Assembly (NCBI GenBank): GCA_964247055.1
Contig: OZ176056.1
Coordinates: forward strand, 1,426,001 to 1,490,000
Direction: 5' to 3'
DNA: 64,000 nt
Source of the DNA: Paragordius varius
Lineage: Eukaryota; Animalia; Nematomorpha
A program made the translations under genes and the position numbers. The notes beneath the pieces were generated by a model, which did no database searches, had not been told where the DNA came from, and saw only the letters and a program-made list of their open reading frames with translations. Numbering within the stretch: the stretch's first letter is position 1; every line of letters starts with the position of its first letter. Positions 38,601-51,474 of the stretch are shown piece by piece.

Positions 38601-40114
38601 TTAATAGAAATTATCAATTTATTTTCCAGAATTTGTCTGCATAAAATTTACATTTTATTTATACGGCATAACCAAAAAAATACTTTTATAAGAATTGAGT
38701 TATTATATTAATATTATCTACTCGATATTATTTTCTGTTATTATAATCAATTATTTTTGATTAAAGAATACCTACATTTTTTATTTAAAAGCGATCACAT
38801 ATGTGAACGCTTTTAAATGGAATATTATGAAAAAATTAAAAATAAAACTGGTTTACGTCATGAAAAGCCGACCTAATTCAAATTACAATAAACATTAAAA
38901 TTATGAAATAAATAAAAAATTATTGAATTTAATGTCTATTTCCACATTTTTGTTAAATTTTAGAAATGATGTGTTTGAGAGTGTGAGTACCGTTGCACTA
39001 AATTAATTTAAATTAAATATTCACAAGCAAGCTAATTTCGTTACAACAGAATCCAATTCTAAAAATTTATAAATATCAGGAAAACCACATTGTTAGGAAA
39101 TTTTAACCTATTAACCAGAGGCATCATTGAATTAGAATATTAGAAACGCCCAATCAATGTTAACAATTATGATATGTTGCCAGATATAGAAAAATATTTG
39201 CATGACCCAATATTTAGATTTACATGTATGTTGCCAGGGATGTGATCAATTAATTTGTTAACCACATATTTAAGTTTACTCCTGTCAGTAATTTTATATT
39301 CCAATAATCAAAAAATTAGATAAATTTGAATCAAAGATGATTTAACCGATTTAGTGTGAGGTGTAAAAAAGTCGCACTTGTAAAAGTCAAGCGTGGCAAG
39401 TTGAGCATTACTTAAGCCAGCAAGTTTACACTTGAAGATCTGTTTTAAAAAAACAAGCCAAATCTTCTGCTTATGAATGTAACATTTTTTTGCCACCCAA
39501 TTCGAATTTTACGGAAATTATTTTGATCATCATCCAAAATTTATGAAGTAAGGCACAAAAAAATAAACAATCAATACTATATCCATTATTCAATACTATA
39601 GATTTCTCTAAGAGCCCGGTAAATAAAATTTTTAATTGATGAAACCATTCGCTCTCACACTTTTAATTATTCCATACTTTTCATTTTGTTAGGAGTCCAT
39701 TTGCAAATATAATAAGATGTTTATGCAATATAACACATTATTATCTTCAATAGATTATTCAACATTATATTCGAAATTTTATGATGAAATAAATTCTTTA
39801 CATTAGTTAAAAGTGAATTAACCTGCATTTACAAACAAAAATTTAATATTTTTAAATTAATTTTAAGAAATTTTTGATAATCAAATTATTTGCGGGTTTA
39901 CGGAATTGATATATTTAGCATATTTTTTTATACGAATTGTTTTTAAAAATTAGCGAATTTTTCTAAAAATATACCTCTTTTGTATTCATCTGATGTTTAT
40001 TAGCGAAAATTTATCAAATAAACAATTTTATCATTAATAAAACGTTTTAATTACATATAAAGCCTAAATTACATACAAAATTACTTTCCAAAATAAATTT
40101 ATCCATATTTTTAA

Positions 40115-40631
40115 CACTTCGATTTAAATTGGGGGTATCTAAATACCCCAGAACATATTTAAATTTTATTTTTAGAAAACTACTAAAAGAAAAAACGGTT
40201 CCAATTTATATTTATGCTTCTATCCCAATAAAATTATATAAATAGCTAAAATATCCAGAATTAACTAAGTTTTGAAAAAAGTTCCGTATCAAACTATTTG
40301 GGCGCCATTTTTATTTTACAATATTTTTGCAAAAGATCGTGTTTATTTGATTTTAACCCTAAAAAAAGTTTACTTATTTATCAATCACAGTTAACATTGA
40401 TATCAGAAAAAGCGGTATATTTTGCATTATTTTTGTATTTTGCTCATGCGCACATGTCGCCTTGGCTAAATTTTTACCTTTCGGTTTTACCCCTGAATAA
40501 GTAATATCAAGTACTTTTGAATGAATATTTAATTATGTTTCGGCCATGGTTTTAATTTATTCAATATTTTTTAAAATATTTATATTTAAACAAGCCTGGG
40601 GTATCTAACTACCCCAATATCAATCGAAGGA
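40115..40631. mobile_element. Inverted-repeat element with TTAA-like flanks (piggyBac-like MITE)
   Basis: Left end TTAA|CACTTCGATTTAAATTGGGGGTATCTAAATACCCCAG; right end CTGGGGTATCTAACTACCCCAATATCAATCGAAGGA|CTAA. Confidence 0.55.
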
Positions 40632-41928
40632 CTAAAATGAATGCGTTGTGTCCAAGTGTTAAATATTTTAAGAGTACCCTACCCACACTTGCCAAATATT
40701 TAAATTTTACTAAAACATTTTTTCTACATTTTTTGATTTAGAGTTAAATTTAAAAATTTATTGTTTAAACAATATGATAAATACACATAAAAATAAAATA
40801 TATATTTAAAATAAATTCACGAATGATAAAAATGTTCAGCATCATAGATATATATAGAAAAAGTGTTTATAATATCTTAAATTAACCCGTTTCCATCACG
40901 GCTTAAGATAGTATGTAGTATGAACAAAATTTTGTTAAAAATAAATTTTTGAAAAATGTTTGCATCCTTTTAAAAAAATTTTAAGTCAATATCTAATTTA
41001 ACATATTTAATTTTTAACGTTCGATCCCGGCATTTTGCGTTTATTTAAGCGGACTTACTTATTTTAGAGGAGCAATCAAAATTTTTTAAAATGTTGTTTT
41101 GTTTTTTATTTGTAGTTTATAATATATTTTAATGATATTTTTGAACGAAGCCTAGCTTTTACCGAATGTTATTATAAATGTGGGCGAATTATGTCAATTT
41201 CGGCACCTACCAGAAAAGTGTAAATAAAATAATTTAAATCACTAGTACGGGCCAAAACCAAAAGGTATTTGATGATCCTGAATTTACCTATCAGAATATA
41301 ATATTTAGGTATTTCTTGTGAACACCGTCTAGTATATTTTAGTGATTTTAAAATTTTTTTATTTATGTGGCAAGATTTTGCTATTTTACGATATGGAGCT
41401 TTTATCCTAAAAAAGTCCTTAATAAATCACTCGTAAGGGCTAATATCAAAATAATCCCGATACGTTTTACTCATATTTGTTTATCAAGATATTATTATAT
41501 CTAATGCGTGAATAACTTGTTATTTATAAAACAAGCCAAAAATTGAGTTTTACATATAAATAGAAACAAGAGGTTTACGCTATAAATTTTTAAAATAAAA
41601 AAAATAAAATACAAATTATATAATTTATTATTTTATAGGGGTATAGTTTTAACAAGTATTTTATCACCATTCCAGATATATATTACGATGGTGCATTTTT
41701 TGCTCGTACAGTGCTATAATTACTATATGTTTGAATAGTTCTAAAAAGGGGCAACGAATAATTAATATGTATGAAAAACACAATTTATTTTTTTAGTTTA
41801 TAAAAGAATGCCGGAAAATACAATTTTAAGGTACCCTAAATTTTAATAATAAGGATATTTTTAATCTACAAATAAAAACCAGTATATTATTACATACCTA
41901 GTGAACATTTTCATACGGCATAAGCAGC

Positions 41929-44900
41929 ATGGTTTTTGTTTCCTTCTAATTTTTTTTAGCAACAAGCCCCAATTCTTTGGTTGAAAGAAGGTTCTGATAC
42001 GGCAGATGGAAAAACTCAATTAATATCTAATATAAATGCTTGCGAGGTATATATAGTTAAACCTTTTTAGTTTTTAATAGCTTAACTTTTTTAACAATGT
42101 TTTTCATTAAACTTTTGTAAAATCTTCTAGGCCATATCATCGACTATTGCAACTACCCTGGGTCCGCGCGGAATGGATAAACTTATTGTAAATGATTCAG
42201 GTATATTTTATAACAACTTTATATTTTGAGACCTTTACTAAAATTTTGTTTTTTTAGGAAATGCAACGATATCTAATGATGGAGCGACCATTTTAAAACT
42301 TTTAGACGTGGTCCATCCTGCTGCCAAAATTTTAGTTGATATTGCTAAGAGTCAGGATGCCGAGGTTCGTTTTATTTTTCGAATTTAAACTTTTATCTTT
42401 TTTTTTCAAAAATAACTTATTTGTTAAAACTTCTTTAAAAATTTTAAATATTAAATAATTTGTGATTATTATCATTTTTTGGGATTTTATGAAAGCTTGG
42501 AAATATTCATAAAACTTAACATTAAACAATTAGACATACATAAAATTTAGCTATATTTTATATTAATTTGTCGTTAAAATTTTGAAAATGGACTGATTAA
42601 CTAAATTTTTCATATCCTTTAAAAATATATATTTTTTTTATTCATTCACAATTAGTCACTTGATATTGCTTTTGCAATGCGATATTATATTAGGGTTACA
42701 ATTGTGATACATCATATGTACAGATTTAATAACTCTAAACATACATTTTATGCTATATAAATGATATGTGTATGAGCAAAAATTACACTTTATTTGATTA
42801 TAATATTTTTAACTATAAAAACTAGGAGATTTGCATATTTTATTCGACATACCGTAAAAATTTAAATTATAAAACAAAAGTATTTTTTTATTAAGAAAAT
42901 TATATTTTCTAACCTTTTGGGTAAATTAAAATAGTTTTGGGTAGCAAAATATGGAAATAAATTTTATTTTTCAGAAATTCGTAGCTACATATAGGTTATA
43001 TTAGCAAGAACACACCAATAAATAGTGTTTTATTTAAATAAAACTTTTTGCATAGCGGGTTTATTATAATTTAATTTATTTAATACTTTCATTTACATTT
43101 TAAATATATTCTTAAAAAAAATAATTTACCCAATATAAATTCACCTTTGAACAAAAATCACCCTAAAAATAAATTTTATGTTATTTTAAGATTAAAAACT
43201 ACTTATATTTTTAAAAAATCAAATTTGGCTTAAAATTACATAATACTGGAAAATTAAAAAATATACCATAAAATATTACATATAAAGGATGAGTTATATT
43301 AGCCTGAAAACACAAATTATTTTTAAAAGGGTCAATTTGAATTGTTCAAGGGTTAATTTAAATTGTTGAAGGGTGAATACGCAAGGGTTATTTGAACTGT
43401 TCAAGAGTGAATTTAAATTTGTTTGAGGATTTCAAGAGTGAATTTGAATTGGTCGAGGGTGAATTTGAATTGTAAATAGTATATAATTATTTTATACCTT
43501 TTGACATAAAAAATATTTTTTAATCTAAAATATATTTTATTTTTTTACACTTCAAGGTTGGAGATGGAACCACATCGGTAGTTTTACTTGCCAGTGAATA
43601 TTTGAATCAAGCCAAAGCTTTGATTGAAGATGGCGTCCATCCACAAATTATTATAAAGAGTTATAAAAAGGCTACGCAATTGGTATATTTTTAACATTTA
43701 CACGAAATGAAATTAACTTTTTACCTAGAATAAAAAACTAACCATACTTTTAAACTTTTAATTTTAAAAACACATTTTTTTGCATTAAAAAACGAATGAA
43801 TATGGAATTTTAGCTTATAAGGATTTTTGAACTAAATGTTTGGTAGGAATATTAACAATTTACATTTTCAGACAGCCTTAAAGTTAAATTTGTTCAATAG
43901 AACCTTATTTAGTATTACCTTTTGTTAAAACATAACTAAAAAAGAAATTTTTTTATATTTTCTCTATTAATCATTAAAGGATTCGTTCCAAAAAGTTTAA
44001 AGATTAGTTCTCCAAAAAATATTTGGACATCGAGGACCCCTTTATAAGCAAATGTTATGAAAAAAATATTAAGAAATTTTTTAAGTAAAATCAGTTTTTA
44101 CTTATTATTTCTTTATTTAAAATTTTAGGCCCTACAAAGATTGAAAGAACTGGCTATTGAAATCAAAAAGGATGATCCCAAGTAATAATTTTTTTTTGAT
44201 TATCAATATTTTGATTTATATAATCAATCAATCATTGCTTTCTCACTAGAGAATTCTCAGAAATCCTGACAATATTTTGATTAACACTAATCAATATTTT
44301 AAGATCATATATCTCTTATTATAATAAATATTAAAAGTTTTTGATTTTTAATAATTTTTCTCACTAGAGAATTTTCAGAAATTAACAAAATTTTGATTAA
44401 TACTAAATATCTTATTATAATAAATATTAAAAGTGTTTGATTTTCAATCATTGCTTTCTCACTAGAGAATTCTCAGAAATCCTGACAATATTTTGAATAA
44501 CACTAATAAATATTTTTGATCATATATATATATCTTATCGTGAATAATAAAAGTTTTTGATTAATATAATCATTCATTGCTTTCTCACTAGAGAATTTCC
44601 AGAAATTCTAACAATATATTGAATAACACTAATTAATATTTTGATCATATATCTTATTATACTAAATACTAAAGGTAATAATCATTGCTTTCTCACTAGA
44701 GAATTCTCAGAAATTAACAAAATTTTGATTTAAATTTATTGCAATTATAATAAAAGTTTTTGATTTTTAATAATTTTTTTAGAGAATTCTCAGAAATCTT
44801 GACAATATTTTGATTAACACTTAATTCATTGCATCAATATATCTTATTATAATAAATAATAAAAGTTTTTGATTTATGCTTTCTCACTAGAGAGTTTCCA

Positions 44901-47900
44901 GTAATTCTAACAATATTTTGATTAATACTAAATATCTTATTATAGTAAATATTAAAAGTTTTTGATTTTTAATAATTTTTCTCACTAGAGAATTCTCAGA
45001 AATCCTGACAAATTTGGCGGCAACTTCACTCAGTTCCAAGATTTTGGCACAATCCCGCCATTTTTTTGCCGGGCTTGTGGTTAAAGCCGTTATGACGCTG
45101 GAGGAACCTTTATTACCGCTCGATATGATTGGAATCAAAAAAGTCCAAGGCGGTTCTATTGAGGTTTTTGGTTAACATAAAATTTATATTAGGATAGTTC
45201 TTTTTTTCCATTATTTTAAGAATGAATAAAACAATATATATTTTTTGTGACTTTTTTATCTTGTCGAGTCGATTGAAGTTTTTTTGCTATATTATTTATA
45301 AAAAAAAGTTTAAAATGTGTTTTGTAGTATTTTTTAAAAAAATAAATATTTGTGTTATAAAGTTCTAAAATTAGGATTGACATTAAAAAAGTCTTATACT
45401 GATGGTTTTTTGAGAGTTTTTTTTTCGGACATATTTAATATATATTTTGTTTGAAAAAACCTTTATACTATCACTTGATATACTTGGGAACAACAAGTTC
45501 AGGGCATTCAGTTTTTTTATAAATCTTTAACATAAAATTTTAACTAAAACAGTTTTATATTTGTTAATTTATTTTATGTATTTTCCCCACAATTGAATAA
45601 AATTTTAATTACACAGACAAATCGCAATAAGATAAGGACTATACTTGTTTAAACTTCTTAATAAAATTGTTTTACCAATACATCTCTATTTAATTTTCTG
45701 TTATTTAAAACAAAATAAATTTTTTCAAAAAATTTCGTATAAAACAATGAATGGTTTTATTCTTATATTTTAACATTTTGTCCTTATTATTTCAATTGCA
45801 ACTTACACTTTAATATAAAAATGGTTAAATGTTTAATATATTTCCATTTTTTATGATATCTTTAGGATAGCAAATACATTGCAGGTGTAGCGTTTAAAAA
45901 AACTTTTTCATACGCCGGTTTTGAAATGCAACCCAAAAAGTATACGGGGAACGTATCTATTGCCGCACTTAACATTGAACTCGAACTGAAGTCTGAGAAG
46001 GAAAATGCTGAAATACGAGTTGATAATGCCCAAGTTTTTAGTATTTTTAGAAAAAAACGTAAAAAAATAATTTCTTAAAGCTATATCTGTAAAACTAAAT
46101 ATTAATTGATCATATTATAAAGAAAAATATGTTTTTTAAACCCATTTTATATATATCTTCGAAAGACAAAATATGTTAAGTAAAAATTTGTTATAGGAAA
46201 AACCCATATTTTTTATATATTGTTTGGTAAATTTTTTGATTGCCTATGTTTTTATGCGTTTATATCAAAGAAATAGTATTTATTTTTTATTTATCAAGAA
46301 AACCATTTTTTTTGTTTTTTTTAATTATTTTGATAATATATAATCCACTGAGAGATGTAAGTTGGTTACAGATACTTTATATTTTATAATTCAATCTATT
46401 GAAATATAAAATCTGTTTTTTAAGCAAATGAAATTTAAATTGTTTTTTTAATTTTTAATTATAATGATGAAATTATAGAACAATCCAACTCTGATGCAAA
46501 GAGTATATGATGAAAACTCTAAAATATTCTGATTTAAATATTTAAAGTCGATTTTTTACTCCTTAGATTTAATGATTTTGTGTATTGAAAAATTTGAAAA
46601 AAAAGAATAGGGTGTGGATTATTAAAATATTAAAAATATTTATTTAAAAAATTTATTTTTTTGATATTTTTTCCTAAAATTTAGGAATATCAAGCATTCA
46701 TCGATGCCGAATGGTCTGAATGATTAATGCGCTATAAATTCTGTTTTATCAATTTAAGTCGATTTTTTACTTAGATTTAATGATATTTATATATTAAAAA
46801 ATTTGAAAAAAAAGAATTTATTAAAATATTAAATATAATTATCCAAAAGTTAAAAAATATTTTTTTATATTTTTTTTAAACATAGGAATATCAAGCAATC
46901 ATTGATGCGGAATGGCAAATTCTGTATGATAAATGCGCAAAAATTCATGAAAGTGGTGCCAAGGTTGTTTTATCGAAACTTCCCATCGGTGATGTTGCTA
47001 CCCAATATTTTGCTGATAGGTTTTTTTTCAGATTTTATATTTAGGAATTTTTGATTTTTGAGAATTATTTTAAATTGGATATTTTATAATAAATTAAGCT
47101 TTCTAATAAATTTTGCTTCATTTTTTTGAGTTATGTTTAACATTTTAGTTCAAAGTTTGCTACATAATAGTTTAGAGTTTTTATTTTGAGGTTTACTTTA
47201 ATTTTTTCAAAATTCATTTTAAGGTCATTATTTTATAACTAATAAAAACATTGAATTTATTAATTTTTTGTATTAGTCCTAACCTTAATTTTTAGTTCAA
47301 AAAGTTATCCTTATTAAGTCAATCATTTTTCTTTTTTTTCGATTTCACTAAATACAATATTAGTTCTTAGCCTTTTTATGTTTTGTCCATATATAATTTT
47401 ATTTATATATTATTTCCATTTTTGACTTTATTTTTTAAATTTCCAACAAACTTTTTTTCGCAATTAGTCACCTGTTATCACGATATATAAATGTGGTGAC
47501 AGGGTTACAATTGCGATACACGAAATTTATTTAAAGTGTTACTGAAATAACTTTGATAAACTTATATACCACAATCAAAGTTATTCAATCAACTTTAATA
47601 CATCATATAAAAGAAATCATATTTTTTAAAATTTCCATGCATTATTAATTTTTAATAGAAATTTAAGGGGTATTATAGAGTGTTTTTAGTCATTAAATAA
47701 ATTATAAAATCATATATGTTCAGTCTTTATATTTATATTTAGTGTAACTTCAAATCTGTATAAAATTTTATAATCATATGTAAATACAAACAAGCACGTA
47801 ATTACTTTGAGAATTTATACACAATAAATGTATGTATTTTTTTATTTATCAAGTTTTTTGCGTCTACTTTGTCGTATTAAAAAAATATTATCAAAAAAGC

Positions 47901-50900
47901 TTTTAAAGCGTATAAAGTTTCTATTAATTTATTTTTGATTTCAATTTTATGTAAACATAAATTTTTCTGCATTAATTTCGAGATTGGGTTTTTGTGATTT
48001 TATAATTTTTATATTTTTATTAAATAATTAACATTTTATGTTTATCTATTTAGAGATATGTTTTGTGCCGGCCGTGTTCCTGAGGATGATTTAAAAAGAA
48101 CTATAAAAGCTTGTGGAGGTTCCATCCTAACAACCCTGAATGGCGACGAATTGAAAAAGCCCGGGAATTTGGGCTCCTGTGAAACTTTTGAAGAAATGCA
48201 AATTGGAAACGAAAGGTTTTTTTTGTTTTTTTTATTGAAAAGTTTTTTTCAATTTTAAACTTTTTTTTTATTTTATTGAAATTTTTTTATAATTTAAAGA
48301 TTTTTGATTATTTTTTTGGAAAAATATTTATATGATGAAAAAGAGATCCAACTCAGACTTGTATATGTTGAGTATTTGTAATATTCTGACAAAAATAAAT
48401 TTATCTAATCATTATATATATATAAATGTATATAATTTTGGCTTTTTGAAAAGATTCAACATATTATTCCTTTACTAACATTGAAATTTTATTTAAAAAA
48501 AATAATAAATAACTACTTTTAGTATTAAAATATTTGTGTAAATTTTTATCTCAACATATTTTTAAGTATTTTATTCATTCAAAATTAATTTATTTAATTT
48601 AAGATTTAACCTATTCACCGGGTGTCCCAAAAGCAAAACTTGCACAATAATTTTACGCGGAGCGGCTGAACAGTTATTGGAGGAATCGGAACGTTCAATT
48701 CACGATGCCATTATGGTGGTCAGGAGGGCTCGTACATTCAATTCTATAGTTGCAGGTTTTTATTTAAAAATAATTATAAATTTTGGAATTTTTACGGATT
48801 TTGTTTTATATAACAATATTTTCGTTAATTTTGGAATAAAGAACAAACCTAAAAAGTTAAGAAATTACATATTTTTGAAAAAATAACACTTTTATAAAAT
48901 TGAATGCATATATATATATATTTTTTGGTTTTTCTTGTATTTATTATTTTTACTGTTTTATTTTTAAAGTCCACTATCGGTGGTCAAAATTAGGACTAAA
49001 TTTGGCCAAGATTTAGAATTTTTTTTTTAAAAATTTAAAAATGTAGTTTTTAACGTAATCGAATAATTTTACTATAACCATGTTAATTCGAAATTAAATT
49101 AATTGAAATTTATATTTTAGCATTTAGTTACTTAATTTTCGCTTTTTTGATATTAGTTTTTTATTTTAAACTTTTTTTAACAAATTTTTATGACAAAAAG
49201 CATTCAGGTAATTACTTGTAGAAAGGCTTTAAAACCTTTACAAGTTCAGACAAATGCGACAATGAAACATTATAATCTATTTTTAACACTTGATTAATTG
49301 CATATAAATTTAAATAGCATATATGCATGTTAAAAATGGATTACACACTTAAAATTTAGTAAAAATATATATATAAAACATTTCCTGGCTTATTTTTAAG
49401 GATTTTAAGGTGAGTTTTTTCTCTTATAATGTTTTTATCTTTTTTCCATATTAAATTACTGATGATTTTTTGTAATTACATTTTTCACTCTCTTTATGTT
49501 TTGCCATGATTACATATTTATTATTTTTCATTCGCTTAATAATTTCTATTTATATCGGATTTTTTACGCTTAAATTATAGGTTGTTAAAATATTTTAATG
49601 TGTTTCCCTTTTTCCATTGATTTAAATTTATTTTTTCAAAATTTTGTATTTGTTTTATAATTACCATTTTTACTGTAATCTTTACGTTTTACCATAATTT
49701 TAAAGTTTGTTAAAATATTTCAATTTTACCCTAATGTTTTATAATTTCATATTTCCATTGATTTGACTTTATTTTTTTCAAAATTTTGGATTTTTTTATA
49801 TATGAATTAGGTGGAGGGGCGGTTGAAATGGAACTTTCAGCGTTCCTTCGAGAATATTCGCGCAACATTGGAGGCAAAGAACAAATTATTATTGAGGCCA
49901 TTGCTAAGGCTTTGGAATGTATACCTCGCCAGCTCTGTGCAAATGCTGGACTTGATCCTACGAATTTTATGAATGCTCTGAGACAAAGACATGCTCAAGG
50001 TATATTAGTTAGTTTTTTAGATTTTAAAAAACTATTTTTTTAAAATGGTTTTTATAATTTTTTGTTTGGAAGGGGGGGGGGGGAGTGTTTGAATAGGAGG
50101 TTTAAGTTTTTTATGATGGTAGTTTTGGATATTTGAAAATTATTTAAAGGATTTAGATAGGCTTGGATCTATAAAAAGTTCATATTCCATATTTTTGCTA
50201 TTTTATAAATTGATTAATATTGCTCAAACAATTTTTTAAGTTAGGTCAAAAGTTGTGGGTTCATATTAATACACGCATTATTAATTGATCATTAATTTTT
50301 AAGCGACGACATGATTAAGGTGTGTACTTTTATTGTTTTCTATTTATTGATAAAAAATGAGTTGACATTTTAATGGCTATATCTATGTTTTCGTTGAATT
50401 GGTTTCATTTTTAACACCCATAAAAATATTCTCCATTTTGTTCAAATCTGTCGGTATAATAATTTTTATGTCTTCTCGAATGCACGCATTTTAGGTGAAA
50501 AATGGTCGGGAATTAATGTTGTACACAGCACTGTGGATCCAACCCTGTTGGATAAAATGTCGAAAGAAACACCATCAGAACAAGCACAGGTAAATTATTA
50601 TTATAAAATCTAAAAATTAAATTTAACTACCGATGCTTTTATGGATAAAAAATCATAATTTAGTTTATTTTAATTTATCACAATTACATTTGTGAAATTA
50701 TTAATTAACATTCCTTTATTTTGTAACCCTAAACGAAATAGCTTAGAGTGGGAAAAAATAGTTAAACAAAATATGGTTTCTTTTCCTATTAAACATGCAT
50801 CTATTTAATTTTCACATCATCCTTATTTAACTGTATACTAACTAAATATTGTTACTCATTTATTTTGTTTTTAAAACATTATATGGTTGGGATGGCAAAA

Positions 50901-51474
50901 AATAAATATATAATTTATTGATATTTGTCTTAATCTTTTATATATTATCTTTAAAACAAATTTTTACTCAAACTTTGACATGAAATAAGTATTATTGCAA
51001 AATAATGGGTAAAAAATCCTCTCCTCATACATGCTAATTTAAATTGTTTTTTGTCAAAATTTTAGTTTTATTTAAATTCCAATACAATTTTACTTTTTAT
51101 TTAGAAAAAAAGAGCATCATAGCTAACACTCAGTTTAAAATTAAAGATTTTTTTTATCAAACACACCTTTTCCATTGTTATGCCAAATTAACAAAATAAG
51201 ACCTATAGTTTGCTATTAAAATTTTATTTATATATTACCCTTAATTCTACAATAGAAAAAACCAATTGATACTCCCACTATCCATGATGCCGGAGGGAGT
51301 ATTTGTGATAATTTAGCAGCTTGGGTCTGGGAACCGGCCTTAGTTAAACAAAATGCCCTTTGTGCAGCCTGTGAAGCGGCTTGTCTTATTTTATCCATTG
51401 ATCAAACCCTGAGAATGCCAAAGGGCGGTGGTCCAAACCCCAATGATAGTAACATGGCTAATATGATGATGTAA
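41929..51474 (+). CDS. CCT7: T-complex protein 1 subunit eta (CCT/TRiC chaperonin), 14 exons, 579 aa
   Basis: Exons: 41929-41931, 41960-42046, 42131-42200, 42258-42364, 43557-43682, 44129-44181, 44989-45163, 45866-46033, 46886-47019, 48054-48215, 48604-48755, 49811-49999, 50495-50589, 51256-51474 (1740 nt, all GT-AG). Motifs: [93 protein letters not shown]. The start exon is less certain. Confidence 0.95.
43130..43480. repeat. Palindromic element family C with ~21-bp internal subrepeats, CCT7 intron
   Basis: Tandem AAGGGTGAATTTGAATTGTTC-like units at about 43325-43475, with inverse units at about 43135-43165. Confidence 0.6.
44231..45010 (+). repeat. Intronic tandem repeat of the exon 7 splice acceptor plus exon start (8 copies, last one functional)
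   Basis: (CTCAC)TAG|AGAATT(C/T)TCAGAAAT-like units have their AG ending at 44249, 44367, 44465, 44591, 44699, 44782, 44890 and 44988; spacing is 83-126 nt. Confidence 0.9.
46545..46723 (+). pseudogene. Partial duplicate (pseudo-exon) of the CCT7 exon 9 start with its upstream intron
   Basis: TTTAG|GAATATCAAGCATTCATCGATGCCGAATGGTCTGAATGA reads [12 protein letters not shown] against the real [13 protein letters not shown] at 46886. The upstream intron 46545-46684 parallels 46756-46885. Confidence 0.85.

Noticed and set aside
39308-39548. Small ORF or exon between the duplication and CCT7
   Set aside because: No recognisable homology, and no acceptor compatible with the open frame before the GTAAGG at 39549.
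41019-41030. tRNA or SINE B-box (GTTCGATCCCGG)
   Set aside because: There is no A-box or cloverleaf; it follows TTAA and starts a dispersed repeat that is also seen near 52555-52800.
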